Shown: one piece after another, positions 15,884 through 26,700 of the stretch | How the letters are laid out: every line of letters begins with the position of its first letter | How positions within the stretch are numbered: position 1 is the stretch's first letter | Source: Alkalilimnicola ehrlichii MLHE-1 | GTDB lineage: Bacteria > Pseudomonadota > Gammaproteobacteria > Nitrococcales > Halorhodospiraceae | NCBI RefSeq assembly: GCF_000014785.1 | Contig: NC_008340.1 | Span: forward strand, 1,860,001 to 1,892,000 | Direction of reading: 5' to 3' | Length of the DNA stretch: 32,000 bases | Program-made: the position numbers and the translations under genes | The notes under the pieces: model-generated | Database searches by the model: none | Told to the model about the DNA's origin: nothing | Seen by the model: the letters and a program-made list of their open reading frames with translations, nothing else

Positions 15884-17237
15884 CGGGCACGCTCTCGCCC
15901 CTGCCGGTCTCCGGCGGGGGCGCCTGCAACCACGCCAGGCCCTGGCGGTAGAGGGACCAGGCCGCCAGGCCCGCCAGCAGGTTCCCCACCAGCACGCCCA
16001 GGAACAGGCCGGTCATCCCCCCCAAGCGGGCGCCGACCCACAGGGCCGGCAGGTAGCAGACGAACAGCCGCAGCAGGGCGATGACCAGGGCCCGCAGGGG
16101 CATCCCCAGGGCGTTGCACACCGACACCATTAGCATGCAGACACCGAGCGCGGCGTAGCTCCATGGCGCCAGGCGCAGGTAGTCGGTGAGCAGGCCCGCC
16201 ACCTCCGGCTCCCGGCTGATCAGCTCGGGCAGGAAGAAGGACAACACCAGCCAGACCACGGCGACCCCCAACTGCCAGACCAGCACAAAGGTCACCGCGA
16301 TGTGAACCAGGCGACGGATACTGTCCGGGTCACCCGCGCCGCGGAACCGCCCCACCATGGGTGGCAGGGCCATGGTCAGGGCCAGCACCGCGACGATAGA
16401 GAAAAACTCCAGCCGAGTGGCGATGGCCCAGGCCCCCACCGCGGCCGAGCCGAAGCCGGCCACCAGGGCGGTGGCCGCCATGGCCGAGACCGGCGGCAGC
16501 AGCTGGCTCGCCGTGGCCGGCCCGGTGATCCCACCCAGGTCCCGCAGCGCGCGCAGCGGCGACAGGCCGCGCGGGCGGAAGCGCAGACGGTCCTGCCGCC
16601 GCAGCGCCCAGTGGACGATACCCAGTGAGACGCCAAACGCCACCACCGTGGCCCAGGCGGCACCGGGCAGTCCCCAGCCAAAGACGAAGATGAACAAGGG
16701 ATCCAGCGCCACGTTGATCAGGCTGCTGATAACCATCAGCAGGCCGGGCAGGCGGGTATCCCCATGGGCACGACAGACGCTGTATCCAAAGTAGAGTTGC
16801 GCCCCCAGCCAGGTGGCCAGCAACCACGGCCCCCAGTAGGCATCGATCAGGGGCAACAGTTCCGGCCCCGCCCCCATCAACCCCACCAGGGGATAGCGGA
16901 CGCCCCACAACAGCAGCGCCAGCAGTGCCATCAGCCCTGCACCGCCCATGATCACCAGCCCGCCGAGCTGACGGGCACGCTCCTGGTGGGCGGCCCCCAA
17001 GCTGCGGGAGATGACCGCCGTGGTGGCGATACCCAGCCCCACCTGCACCCCGATGATCACCTGCTGCACGGGCAGGGTGAACCCCAGTGCGGCCAGCGGC
17101 TCCACACCCAGGTAGCTGATGAACACGCTGTCCACCAACTGGTAGCTCATCAGTGCCAGCACACCGAAGAGCATCGGCCAGGTCATGCGGAACAGCGTCC
17201 GGCCCAGGCCGGCACGCAACATCTCCTCAGTGGTCAT
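15837..17237 (-). CDS. MATE-family efflux transporter
   Basis: 466 aa with about 12 TM helices. The N-terminus is typical of the family ([36 protein letters not shown]). The 3' end overlaps the convergent oxidoreductase gene by 47 bp. Confidence 0.88.
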   Translation of the reverse strand: MTTEEMLRAGLGRTLFRMTWPMLFGVLALMSYQLVDSVFISYLGVEPLAALGFTLPVQQVIIGVQVGLGIATTAVISRSLGAAHQERARQLGGLVIMGGAGLMALLALLLWGVRYPLVGLMGAGPELLPLIDAYWGPWLLATWLGAQLYFGYSVCRAHGDTRLPGLLMVISSLINVALDPLFIFVFGWGLPGAAWATVVAFGVSLGIVHWALRRQDRLRFRPRGLSPLRALRDLGGITGPATASQLLPPVSAMAATALVAGFGSAAVGAWAIATRLEFFSIVAVLALTMALPPMVGRFRGAGDPDSIRRLVHIAVTFVLVWQLGVAVVWLVLSFFLPELISREPEVAGLLTDYLRLAPWSYAALGVCMLMVSVCNALGMPLRALVIALLRLFVCYLPALWVGARLGGMTGLFLGVLVGNLLAGLAAWSLYRQGLAWLQAPPPETGRGESVPVTTGPSQPRRYWPGR

Positions 17238-17373
17238 AGGGGCACGACGGCTGCCTGCGGTGATCGGGAGCGGGACAGTCTAACAGCCGCACCGGAAAAC
17301 CAGGGGGGCGGGTGGCACAAGCGCGCCTCCGGTGCGATGCTGGAAGGCAGGCGTCACTACAGCCGGGGCCGAC

Positions 17374-18255
17374 ATGCACAACCACTTCCGCGTTTTCAGA
17401 CCAGGGTACCCGCTCGTCGCGGCCCTGATCCTGCTCACCCTGCTCCTGTCCCAGGTTGGCAGCCACGCCCGTGACCTCCTGCTGGACGAGGCCGAGCTGG
17501 TGCCGGTGGAACTGGCCACCGTGGGGATCGCACAGCCGACGGGGGTACCGGTGGTGCTGCTTCGGGAGCCGGAATCGGGCGACGTCGTCCCGATCTTCAT
17601 CGGGCCCAACGAGGCCCGTGCCATCTTGCAGGCCCTGTCCGGCACCACGACGCCGCGGCCGATGACCCACGACCTGATGGACGACGTGACCACGGCCCTG
17701 GGCGGGACGCTGGAGCGTGTCTTCGTAGACGGCCTACTCGCCGGCACCTACATGGGGGTCATGGAATTCCGCGTGGAGGGTCGCGACGACCCGGTTCGGG
17801 TAGACAGCCGCCCCAGTGACGCCATCGCCCTGGCGGCGCGCACCGGCGCCACCATCCACGTCGCCCCCGAAGTGCTGCAGGCCGGCGACGACCTGCGCTA
17901 CGAGCCGCTGCATGATGATCAGGTGGTCACTGCCGTGGGCGTTACCGTCGTGGAGGCCACGGGGGAGCTGCGCGAGGCGCTGGGGCTGCCCGACGAGCCG
18001 GGCGTATTGGTCAGCGATGCCATCGGCGAGGCCGCCGATGCCGGCATCTCGGCGGGGGCCTTCATTCTGGAGGTGAACGGCGAGGCCCCGGAACGGCCGA
18101 TGGACTTTCTGCACCAGGTACGGGCCACGCCCCATGGCGAGCCGGTGGAGGTGGTCTGGTGGCAGGACGGGAAGCGCCAGTCCGCCTCCCTCTCCACAGA
18201 CGTGCCGGATCCGCGCCGCCGCCCGGAGCAACCGCAGGAGGGCATCACCCTTTGA
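17374..18255 (+). CDS. Bifunctional nuclease (BFN/DUF151) domain protein with an N-terminal signal/anchor and a C-terminal PDZ domain
   Basis: The BFN blocks read VVLLREPESGDVVPIFIGPNEARAI...RPMTHDLM...RVDSRPSDAIALAARTGATIHV. The PDZ-like part reads GVLVSDAIGEAADAGISAGAFILEVNGE. The hydrophobic N-terminus is YPLVAALILLTLLLSQVGSHA. I prefer the ATG at 17374. Confidence 0.78.
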   Translation: MHNHFRVFRPGYPLVAALILLTLLLSQVGSHARDLLLDEAELVPVELATVGIAQPTGVPVVLLREPESGDVVPIFIGPNEARAILQALSGTTTPRPMTHDLMDDVTTALGGTLERVFVDGLLAGTYMGVMEFRVEGRDDPVRVDSRPSDAIALAARTGATIHVAPEVLQAGDDLRYEPLHDDQVVTAVGVTVVEATGELREALGLPDEPGVLVSDAIGEAADAGISAGAFILEVNGEAPERPMDFLHQVRATPHGEPVEVVWWQDGKRQSASLSTDVPDPRRRPEQPQEGITL

Positions 18256-18291
18256 TCCTCCAGCCCGGGCGGCGCGGTGGCCCGGCGCGGC

Positions 18292-18843
18292 TCACCGCTT
18301 GACGGGACGCTTACCCAGTTTCCGCTGCAGGGTACGGCGGTGGATGCCCAGCGCCCGGGCGGCCGCCGAGATATTGCCGTCGTGTTCGGCCAACACCCGC
18401 TGGATCTGCTCCCACTCCAGCCGTTTCAACGACATGGGCTGGGGTGGCGGCTCTGCCGTGGGCACCGGCTCCTCATGCTGGCCGCTGAAGGCGGACACCA
18501 CCGTGTCCACGTCCACCGGCTTGGGCAGGTAGTTGGCCGCCCCCAGCTTGACCGCCTCCACCGCCGTGGGAATGCTCGCATAGCCGGTCAGCACGATGAT
18601 GCGGGCCTCGGGCACGGCCTCCAGCAACGGCTGGATAAGCTTCAACCCCGAGTCATCGCCCAGCTTCAGGTCCAACACCACGTGCTCCGGCTGATAGTCC
18701 CGGGCCACCACTAAGGCCTGCTCCGCGTCATGGGCCTTCTCCACCCGGTAGCCGCGGCGGGTCAGCCCCCGCCCGAGCACCGAGCAGAACACCTCGTCGT
18801 CATCGACCAACAGGACGCGGGTCCCGGACGTTTTCTCGGTCAC
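18292..18843 (-). CDS. regA: Redox response regulator RegA/PrrA/ActR (receiver plus Fis-type HTH)
   Basis: The receiver reads VLLVDDDEVF...DLKLGDDSGL. The highly conserved C-terminal HTH reads LEWEQIQRVLAEHDGNISAAARALGIHRRTLQRKL. The GTG start overlaps the regB stop (GTGA). Confidence 0.9.
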   Translation of the reverse strand: MTEKTSGTRVLLVDDDEVFCSVLGRGLTRRGYRVEKAHDAEQALVVARDYQPEHVVLDLKLGDDSGLKLIQPLLEAVPEARIIVLTGYASIPTAVEAVKLGAANYLPKPVDVDTVVSAFSGQHEEPVPTAEPPPQPMSLKRLEWEQIQRVLAEHDGNISAAARALGIHRRTLQRKLGKRPVKR

Positions 18844-20225
18844 GTGCTCTCTCCCTGCTTGTTTAGCGGGTGATCGGCGGCCTGCGGTTGGCGGCAGCCG
18901 CCCGGTTCATCCGCTAATTTATCACTGACGCGTAAATCATTCAGCGGCAGCGTAATGCGCGAGAGCACCCCGCCGGTGTCCGCCGGCAGGAGCGTCACAC
19001 TGCCCCCGAACCGGCCCACCGTCGCGTTGGACAGCACCAAGCCAATCCCCAGCCCCTCCGGTTTGGTGGTATGGATCACCCGGCCGGCCTGCTCCATGGC
19101 ATCGGCGTCCAACCCCTGGCCCTCGTCGATGACGCTCAGGGTCAGCTCGCCGTCGCGGCAGGCCACGTCGATCTGCACCCGGTCGCTGCCGTTGGCCACC
19201 GAGGCATCGGCGGCGTTGTTCAGCAGATTGATGATGGCGTGCATCAGGGTCTGCTCGGTGAAGATGCAGGGGTTTTCGAACGGCTCCTGGAAATGCAGCC
19301 GATGGCGCACATCAGGCCGCATGATGCTCCAGGTGTTGATGATCCGCCCGATGAACTGCCGCAGGCTGGCCTGGCCGCCACTGCGCGCCTGGCCGTTGCC
19401 GGCCGCCTCCATCAGTTCCGCCAGGGTCTGCTTGCAGACCTGGATCTGGGATTCGAGGATGTCCAGGTCCTCCTGCAGCGCTTCATCGTCCTCACGGCTG
19501 TCGCGCAGCTCCTCCACCACCATGGACATGGACGATAACGGCGTCCCGAGCTGGTGGGCCGCCCCGGCCGCCAGCGTGCCGATGGCCACGATCTGCTCAT
19601 TGCGCAGAGTACCCTCGCGGGCTTCGGCCAGTTTCATATCTTGGCGCCGCAGGGTCGCGGCCATCAGGCTGACGAAAAAGGTGATAAGGACGACACTGAG
19701 GATAAAATTCACCCAAGTGCCGAACAGATGCAGGTTGATATCCCCAGCCACCACCTCGTAGGGGGCCTCCATGGGAAGGAACCAGACCAGCAGGAAGCCA
19801 TAGAGCACCACGCTGGCCGCGCCCACCCACCAGGCATAGCTGCTGGGCAGGGCCACTGCCGCCAGGGCGATGGGCACCAGGTAGAGCGAGACAAAGGGGT
19901 TGCTGGGGCCGCCGGAGAGGAACAGCAGGGCGGTGAGCACCAGGGAGTCCACCATCAGGTGGATGAAGACCTCGCGGTGACTGGCCTCCTTGATCAGCCG
20001 CAGGCGGACATAGACCGCGGCGTTGAACGCCGCCAGCAGCCCCACACAGGTCAGCAGGGCGGCCAGCGGCAGGTCCAGCCCCATCAGGTAATAGACGCCC
20101 AGCACCGTGATAGTCTGGCCTATCACAGCGCACAGCCGCAGCCACATGAGTATCCGCAGCACCTGACGGGGCTTGAACCGAAGGGTATCCTGCATCTGAG
20201 TCAACACGTGATTGTTTCCCTGCAT
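18840..20225 (-). CDS. regB: Redox-sensing histidine kinase RegB/PrrB/ActS
   Basis: The GGPSNPF heptapeptide matches the GGxxNPF quinone-site motif of RegB. The H-box is AAGAAHQLGTPLS. A downstream Cys in QIQVCKQTL sits at the position of the R. capsulatus redox Cys (DRCRDIL). LRILMWLRLCAVIGQ resembles RegB TM1. The start is uncertain: GTG 20279, ATG 20225 or ATG 20195. Confidence 0.9.
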   Translation of the reverse strand: MQGNNHVLTQMQDTLRFKPRQVLRILMWLRLCAVIGQTITVLGVYYLMGLDLPLAALLTCVGLLAAFNAAVYVRLRLIKEASHREVFIHLMVDSLVLTALLFLSGGPSNPFVSLYLVPIALAAVALPSSYAWWVGAASVVLYGFLLVWFLPMEAPYEVVAGDINLHLFGTWVNFILSVVLITFFVSLMAATLRRQDMKLAEAREGTLRNEQIVAIGTLAAGAAHQLGTPLSSMSMVVEELRDSREDDEALQEDLDILESQIQVCKQTLAELMEAAGNGQARSGGQASLRQFIGRIINTWSIMRPDVRHRLHFQEPFENPCIFTEQTLMHAIINLLNNAADASVANGSDRVQIDVACRDGELTLSVIDEGQGLDADAMEQAGRVIHTTKPEGLGIGLVLSNATVGRFGGSVTLLPADTGGVLSRITLPLNDLRVSDKLADEPGGCRQPQAADHPLNKQGEST

Positions 20226-20356
20226 CCTAACGAGATTCAGCACCCGGCGGCCCACCGCTGCGACAACGCGCCACAGCACCGCAACAAAAACCTAGCGGTA
20301 GCCTAAAAAATGAGAGTAGCCGTCCCATTGAGACCAACCGCGGGATCGACCCAGGT

Positions 20357-22057
20357 GTGAGCAACAAAGTGGATAAACAACGGGCCCGCCATTGGCTGGC
20401 CCAACGGGCACGGCCAGCCCGGAACCTGCTGGTCTTGGCCAGCGGGGCCGGATTGACCCAAGGCCTTCTGATCATACTGCAATCGGCGCTCATCGCCCAT
20501 GTGGTGCACGCCGCCGTGATCGAGGAAGTGCGCCTGGACACCCTCTGGCCGGCCCTGCTCGGGCTGCCGGTGATCTTCCTCGTTCGGGCGGTCTGCGCCT
20601 GGGGCCAGGAGGTGGCCGGCGTCCGGGCCGCCACGCGCATCAAGGACCGGTTGCGCGAAGAGCTGTATGCGCATCTGCTGGCCCTCGGCCCGGTCGGCCT
20701 GGGCGTGCGCCAGAGCGGGACAGTGTCCACCGCCCTGCTTGAGCAGGTGGAGGCACTTGAGGGCTACTACGCCCGCTTTTACCCGCAGATGATCATCGCC
20801 GTGGGCGTCCCCCTCCTCATCCTGCTGGTGGTCTTCCCGCTGGACTGGCTGGCGGCACTGCTGCTGTTGTTCACCGCCCCGCTGATCCCCCTGTTCATGG
20901 CCCTGGTGGGGTTCGGCGCGGAACAACTGCAGCAGCAGCAACTGGTGGCCTTGGGGCGGCTCTCCGGCTGGATGCTGGACCGCATCACCGGCCTGACCAC
21001 CCTCCGGCTGTTCGGCCACACAGGGCATGACCAAGCCCGCCTGCGGGAGGCCTCGGACGACTTCCGCCAACGTACCATGAAAGTCCTGCGGGTGGGGTTC
21101 CTCTCCTCGGCGGTGCTGGAGTTTTTCGCCTCCGTAGCCATCGCCATGTTGGCCATCTATATCGGCCTGGGCCTGCTCGGCTATATCACCTTCGGTCCCT
21201 CCCCGGAGCTGACGCTGTTCAGCGGTTTGTTCATCCTGCTGCTGGCCCCGGAGTTCTTCCAGCCGTTGCGCACCCTAGCCACCCATTACCACGACCGGGC
21301 CGGCGCCATCGGGGCGGCCGAGGAGCTGATCGAGTTGCTGGAGACGCCGCCGATCCGCCCGGTGAACGGCAACCGGCGGCCCACGCTGGACGGCCCCCCG
21401 GCCTTGCGCCTGGAGGGGGTCAGCGTCACGCTCCCCGGCGGCGTCACCGCCCTGCGCGACTGCAGCATGAATGTCGCCCCCGGTGAGCGGGTCGTAGTGG
21501 CCGGGCCGAGCGGTTGCGGCAAGTCCACGCTCATCCACCTACTACTGGGGCTGGTGGAGGGGCAAGGCGATATCCGCCTGAACGGCCACCCGCTGCGGGA
21601 CCTGGACCCGACCTGGCTGCGGGAACACGTGGCCTGGGTGGGCCAGCGCGCCCACCTGTTCCACGGCACCCTCGCCGACAATATCGCCCTGGGCTACCCG
21701 GGCGCCCCCCGCGACCAGATCGAGGCGGCGGCGCGCAAGGCGCGGGTCACCGCCTTCAGCCGATTACTGCCCGCCGGCCTGGACAGCCGCATCGGGGAAC
21801 GGGGCGAGGGCCTCTCCGGCGGCGAGGCGCAGCGCGTGGCGGTGGCCCGCGCCCTGCTCCGCGATACCCCATTGTTGCTGCTGGACGAACCCACGGCACA
21901 CCTGGATCCGGAGAACGAGCAGGCCCTGCTGGCCACCCTCGCCGAGGCGGCCGAGGGCCGGACGGTGATCATGACCACACACCGCCCGGCAGGCATGGCG
22001 TGGGCGGACCGGGTGCTGACCCTGCGGGATGGACAACTGCGGGAGGCGACGCCATGA
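20357..22057 (+). CDS. cydD: Thiol reductant (cysteine/glutathione) ABC exporter subunit CydD
   Basis: Strong blocks are shared with E. coli CydD: TAPLIPLFMALVG, DFRQRTM.VLR..FLSS, LAPEFFQPLR, then Walker A GPSGCGKST, signature LSGGEAQR and Walker B LLLLDEP. The start is GTG. Confidence 0.92.
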   Translation: MSNKVDKQRARHWLAQRARPARNLLVLASGAGLTQGLLIILQSALIAHVVHAAVIEEVRLDTLWPALLGLPVIFLVRAVCAWGQEVAGVRAATRIKDRLREELYAHLLALGPVGLGVRQSGTVSTALLEQVEALEGYYARFYPQMIIAVGVPLLILLVVFPLDWLAALLLLFTAPLIPLFMALVGFGAEQLQQQQLVALGRLSGWMLDRITGLTTLRLFGHTGHDQARLREASDDFRQRTMKVLRVGFLSSAVLEFFASVAIAMLAIYIGLGLLGYITFGPSPELTLFSGLFILLLAPEFFQPLRTLATHYHDRAGAIGAAEELIELLETPPIRPVNGNRRPTLDGPPALRLEGVSVTLPGGVTALRDCSMNVAPGERVVVAGPSGCGKSTLIHLLLGLVEGQGDIRLNGHPLRDLDPTWLREHVAWVGQRAHLFHGTLADNIALGYPGAPRDQIEAAARKARVTAFSRLLPAGLDSRIGERGEGLSGGEAQRVAVARALLRDTPLLLLDEPTAHLDPENEQALLATLAEAAEGRTVIMTTHRPAGMAWADRVLTLRDGQLREATP

Positions 22058-23727
22058 GCGCCCAGCAACCACTGACGCACTTCACCCGCCTCTTTTTGCG
22101 CCGTTGGCCCTGGCTGCTTGCGGGCACCCTGCTGACCCTCGCCACCCTGCTGGCCAACCTCGGGCTGCTGGCCCTCTCCGGCTGGTTCATCACCGCCACC
22201 GCGCTGGCCGGACTGGGCCTGATCGTGGGGCTGGACATCTACGTGCCCGGCGGCGGCATCCGCTTTTTCGCCGTCTCGCGGACCGTCTCCCGTTACGGCG
22301 AACGACTGGTCACCCATGAGGCCACCTTCCGACTACTGGCGGACATCCGCTGCTGGCTGTTCGCCCGGTTGGCCCGACAGGATCCGCTCACCCTCGGCCG
22401 CCTGCGCGGGGGCGACCTGCTCAACCGGCTGACCGCGGATATCGAGGCCCTGGACAACCTCTACATCCGCGTGCTGGGTCCCACTGCCGCGGCTGGCCTG
22501 GCGGGGCTGGCCACCCTCGGACTGCTGGGCTGGGTGGATGGCCGGCTGGCGCTGGTGGCACTGGCGCTGCTGCTGGCCGGCGCCCTGCTCACCTGGACGG
22601 CCACCCGGCGCGGGCGTCGCAGCGGCGAGCGCATGAGCCACCTGCAACCGCGTTTCCGCGCGGTGATCATCGAGGGGGTCAGGGGGCTGGCGGAACTGCG
22701 GGTCTATGGCGGCGGTGAGCGCCAGCGCCGCCTGATCGGACGCCACGGCCGGGCCTGGTCGCAACTGCAGCGCCGCATGGCCCACCTGACCGGGCTGGGC
22801 AATGCGTTGAACGGTCTGTTTGGCCAACTCGCCCTGCTGGCCGCGCTGGTCCTCGGGCTCTGGCTGCATCAGCAGGGGCTGATCACCGGCCCGCAATGGG
22901 TGCTCGCCCTGTTCGCCTTCATGGCCCTGACCGAGGCGCTGGCGCCGCTACCGCTGGCCTTCCAGTTCCTGGGACGCACCCGCTCGGCGGCGGAACGGCT
23001 GCTGGCACAGGCGGAACACCCCGCCCGCGTGGTAAGCCCGGCGACACCGGCAGCCATGCCCGGGCGCTTCGACCTAACGCTGAAGGCCGTCCGCTACGGC
23101 TACCATGCGGGGCGCCCGGTGCTGGCGGACTTCAGCCTGCGCATCCCCCAAGGCAGCCACCTGGCCATCACCGGCCCCAGCGGACTGGGCAAGACGACCC
23201 TGCTCAAACTCCTCGCCCGCCTGGACGACCCCTGGTCGGGGCAGATCCTGGTCGGCGACACGCCTCTGCACACCCTGCCCCTGGAGGCTTGGCACGGGCG
23301 GGTTGGCATGCTGGAGCAGCACGCGCCGGTGTTCAGCGACACGGTGGCGGGCAACCTGCGGGTGGCCGCGCCGCAGGCCGACGAGGCGCGGCTGTGGCAG
23401 GCGCTCGCGGTCGCCGGGCTGGATACGCGGGTGCGGGCCATGCCCGAGGGCTTGGAGACCTGGTTGGGCGAATCGGGCGCCACCCTGTCGGGGGGCGAGG
23501 CCCGACGCCTCGCCCTGGCCCGGGTGGTGCTTCACGATCCGGATATCGTGCTCCTGGACGAGCCGGCGGCCGGCCTGGATGGCGCCAGTGCCCGGGCGTT
23601 GGCCGGACGCCTGCACGAGTGGCTCCAGGGCCGCACCGCTGTCATCGTCAGCCACGACCCCGGGTGGCTGCCCCCGGTGGACAGGGTGCTCGACTGGAGC
23701 CGCCCCGACGGGGTTACTAACCTTTAA
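22054..23727 (+). CDS. cydC: Thiol reductant ABC exporter subunit CydC
   Basis: The ATG at 22054 overlaps the cydD stop (ATGA). The N-terminus reads LLAGTLLTLATLLANLGLLALSGWFITATA. Walker A is GPSGLGKTT, the signature is LSGGEARR and Walker B is IVLLDEP. The 180-codon upstream extension in the track ORF (21514) overlaps cydD and is Arg/Gly/Pro junk. Confidence 0.92.
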   Translation: MSAQQPLTHFTRLFLRRWPWLLAGTLLTLATLLANLGLLALSGWFITATALAGLGLIVGLDIYVPGGGIRFFAVSRTVSRYGERLVTHEATFRLLADIRCWLFARLARQDPLTLGRLRGGDLLNRLTADIEALDNLYIRVLGPTAAAGLAGLATLGLLGWVDGRLALVALALLLAGALLTWTATRRGRRSGERMSHLQPRFRAVIIEGVRGLAELRVYGGGERQRRLIGRHGRAWSQLQRRMAHLTGLGNALNGLFGQLALLAALVLGLWLHQQGLITGPQWVLALFAFMALTEALAPLPLAFQFLGRTRSAAERLLAQAEHPARVVSPATPAAMPGRFDLTLKAVRYGYHAGRPVLADFSLRIPQGSHLAITGPSGLGKTTLLKLLARLDDPWSGQILVGDTPLHTLPLEAWHGRVGMLEQHAPVFSDTVAGNLRVAAPQADEARLWQALAVAGLDTRVRAMPEGLETWLGESGATLSGGEARRLALARVVLHDPDIVLLDEPAAGLDGASARALAGRLHEWLQGRTAVIVSHDPGWLPPVDRVLDWSRPDGVTNL

Positions 23728-26700
23728 GGGCGCTCCGGGCCCTGGAGCAGACGGGTGACGGCCTCGGCCGCCATGGGTCGGGCGAAGTGGTACCCCTGCA
23801 GCAGATCACAGCCCTCGCGCTGCAGGAGGGCCACCTGGGCCTCTGTCTCCACCCCTTCGGCCACCACCCGCAGACCCAGGCCCTGGGCCATACCGATGAT
23901 CGAGCACAACAGCTGCTCGCCGCGGGGGCCCGCCGCCGCGCCCTGGACAAAGCTGCGGTCGATCTTGAGCACGGAAAACGGCATCTGGCGCAGGTAGCTC
24001 AGGGCTGAGTAGCCGGTGCCGAAGTCGTCCAACGACAGCCCCACCCCCAAATCGCGCAGCGCCTGCAGGCTCTGCAGCACGCGCCGCTGGCCCCCAAGCA
24101 GCATGCGCTCGGTAATCTCCAGTTCCAAGCACTCGGCGGGCAGACCCGTACGCCTGAGGCTGGTGCGCACGGTGGCCACGAAATCGCTCCCCGTGATCTG
24201 GATGGGCGAGACATTCACCGCCATCCGATAGCAATGCCCGGTCTGGGCCCGCCAGCGGGCGGCCTGCTGACAGGCCTTGCGCAGAACCCATTCGCCCATG
24301 GGGATGATCAGCCCGGTCTCCTCGGCCATGGGAATGAACTCACCCGGAGAGACCGGCCCGTGCTCCTCCAGCGTCCAGCGCAGGAGGGTTTCGAACCCCG
24401 TCGGCCGCAGGGTCCGGGCATCGACCAGCGGTTGAAACACCAGGTGCAGCGTCTCCTGTTCCAGCGCACGGCGCAGCCGCCCCTCCAGCGCCAGCCAGCG
24501 GTGGGCCCGCTCATTCGCCTCGGGTTTGAAGAAGCGGAAGTCACCCCGCGCCACCTGCTTGGCTTGGGACAGGGCGGCGTAAGCGTTACGCAACAGCGTA
24601 CTGCTATCGGTCCCGTCTTCCGGGAACAGGGTCACCCCCACCCTGGCGTCCATGAATATCTCCTGGTCGGCCAGCACCAGTGGGGCCTTCAGGGTGGCCA
24701 GGAGCGCCTTGGCCACTTGTTCGGCCTGTCGGGCGGTGCGCAGCTCCGGCAGGATGACCAGGAACTCATCACCACCGGGCCGGCACAGGGTGTCGTGTGG
24801 GCCGAGCGCGCCCTGCAGGCGCTCGGCGATTCGGCACAGCAACTCATCGCCGGAGGCATGGCCCAGGCTCTCATTGATCTTTCGAAACTGGCTCAGGTCC
24901 AGGACCAACAACGCCCCTGAGCCCCGACCACGCCGATGCGCCAGCCGGCGAACCGCGGTCTCCAGGCGGTCCATGGCCAGCGCCCGGTTGGGCAGGCCGG
25001 TCACGGTGTCGTGGGTGGCGTGATACTCCAGCCGGCGCTCGGCGTCTTTGCGCTCTGTGACATCCTGTTTGATGGCGATGTAGTGGGTGATCCCGCCCTG
25101 ATCGTCACGCAGAGGGAACACGACCCCGGCCTCCCAGAACAGCTCACCGGTCTTGCGTCGGTTGTGGAACTCACCCCACCAAGGCTCGCCCCGGTTCAGG
25201 GCCGCCCACATCTCCCGGTACCAGGACGAGGGCATCAGACCCGACTGGATGATGCGCGGTGTCTGCCCCACCGCCTCTTCCGCGGTGTAGCCAGTAATCC
25301 GCTCGAAGGCCGGGTTGACGTACTCGATCACGCCCTGCGGGTCCGTGATCATCACTGCACCGGGCCCCTGCTCCACCACCGCAGAGAGCTTGCGCAAGGC
25401 CTCGCGCTCTCTCCGGCGCTCGGTCTCGTCAACAAAGGTGACCACGTAGGTCGGGTTTGGCCGCGACCCCGCATGGCCCTCCGGCCAGTCCCCGATCGGT
25501 GCCCCGAAGATCTGAACCGGCACGTGACTGCCGTCGCGGCGACGAAACCACTCGGAGTCCAACTGGAGCCGCTCCCCTCGCACCGCGGCCCGATAAACGG
25601 GGCACTCAGCGGCCGGCATGTACTGGCCCTCAGGCCCATGGGCGTGGAAGAGGTCGTGGGCATGGGCCCCGATCAGTTCGCTGGCACGGTAGCCCAGCAA
25701 GGTCTCCGCCGCCCGGTTGACGTGCGTGATCCGACCCTCGCCGTCGAAGACGTACATCCCCTCGTTCATGGTGTCGGAGATCGCCCGCAGTCGGGCCTCG
25801 TCCTGCAGTCGGCCACGCTGCACCGCCAGGAACCGCAACAACACCCCGCCGGCCCCGAGCACCAACAGGAGCGCGAAGGCCGCGCCGGCATAGAACTGGT
25901 GTTTGAGACTGCCCAGGGCCCCGGTCCGGCCGTAGCCCACCACATAGCCGACGACCTCGCCGCGGGCGTCGAGCATCGGCACGAACGCCACCAGGTACCC
26001 CTGACCCCGGTATTCCAGGGCACGGCCGAAGGCCTCCCCGCGGGCCAGCGCCCCCTCCAGGCCCGGTTGCCGCGACAGCTGCGCCTCCACCGCCGCCAGC
26101 CCCTCGCCATCTTCGTCGGCATACCAGTCCGCCAGGTCGTGCCCATGATCGAGGACATAGGCGTCGGACAAGGGACTGGCGTGAAACCGGGCCGCCACCT
26201 CCTCTCGGGCCACCTCGGTGACCCGGTCCGCTCGGAGCAGCATGCGGAAGGCCATGCCCGGGGCGAGCTCATCCAGCCGCCGGTGCAACGCGGCCATGGA
26301 CATCCCCGTCTCCACCACACCGAGCAGCTCGCCCCCATGATACAGGGGCGTGATATACCGGTGCGCCTGCGTGAAGCGGCCCGGCCCGGTGACCTGCAGG
26401 GGCTCCCCCGTCGCCAGCACGTGGGCAATGTCACCGCGGTCCGGTAACAGGTTATCGCCATGGCTTTCCGGGGCATGGAAACGCAGCAGGCTCTCGCCAT
26501 CGGCCAGCACGAACTGCATCTGATCCAGGCCCCGCGCCTGCAGCATCTGATAGACCGGGCCCAGCTCCCGGTATAGCCAGTCCCGCAACTCCGCCCGGAC
26601 GGCCGGATCACCCTGCCCGGCCGCCGCCACGGCGCCAGTGACCGGGGGCCGCAGGATCATCCCCTGGTGCAACAGCTCACTGGCCAGGGCCATGCCGCCG

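Noticed and set aside
20226-20356. RegA/RegR binding box in the regB-cydD intergenic region
   Set aside because: Nothing there matches the consensus as I remember it (GNGRCRTTNNGNCGC). My recollection of the consensus may be imperfect, so this absence is only weak evidence.
21514-22053. 180-codon N-terminal extension of the cydC ORF
   Set aside because: It lies entirely within cydD in another frame and is Arg/Gly/Pro junk. The ATG at 22054 gives a typical CydC N-terminus and an ATGA overlap with the cydD stop.
24936-26447. 503-aa plus-strand ORF within the GGDEF-EAL gene. Similar shadows are 5339..6529, 2504..3613, 27166..28236 and 19554..20306.
   Set aside because: In every case the partner strand carries a gene with diagnostic motifs. 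These ORFs lack motifs and show the composition expected from reverse-frame reading of GC3-rich codons.
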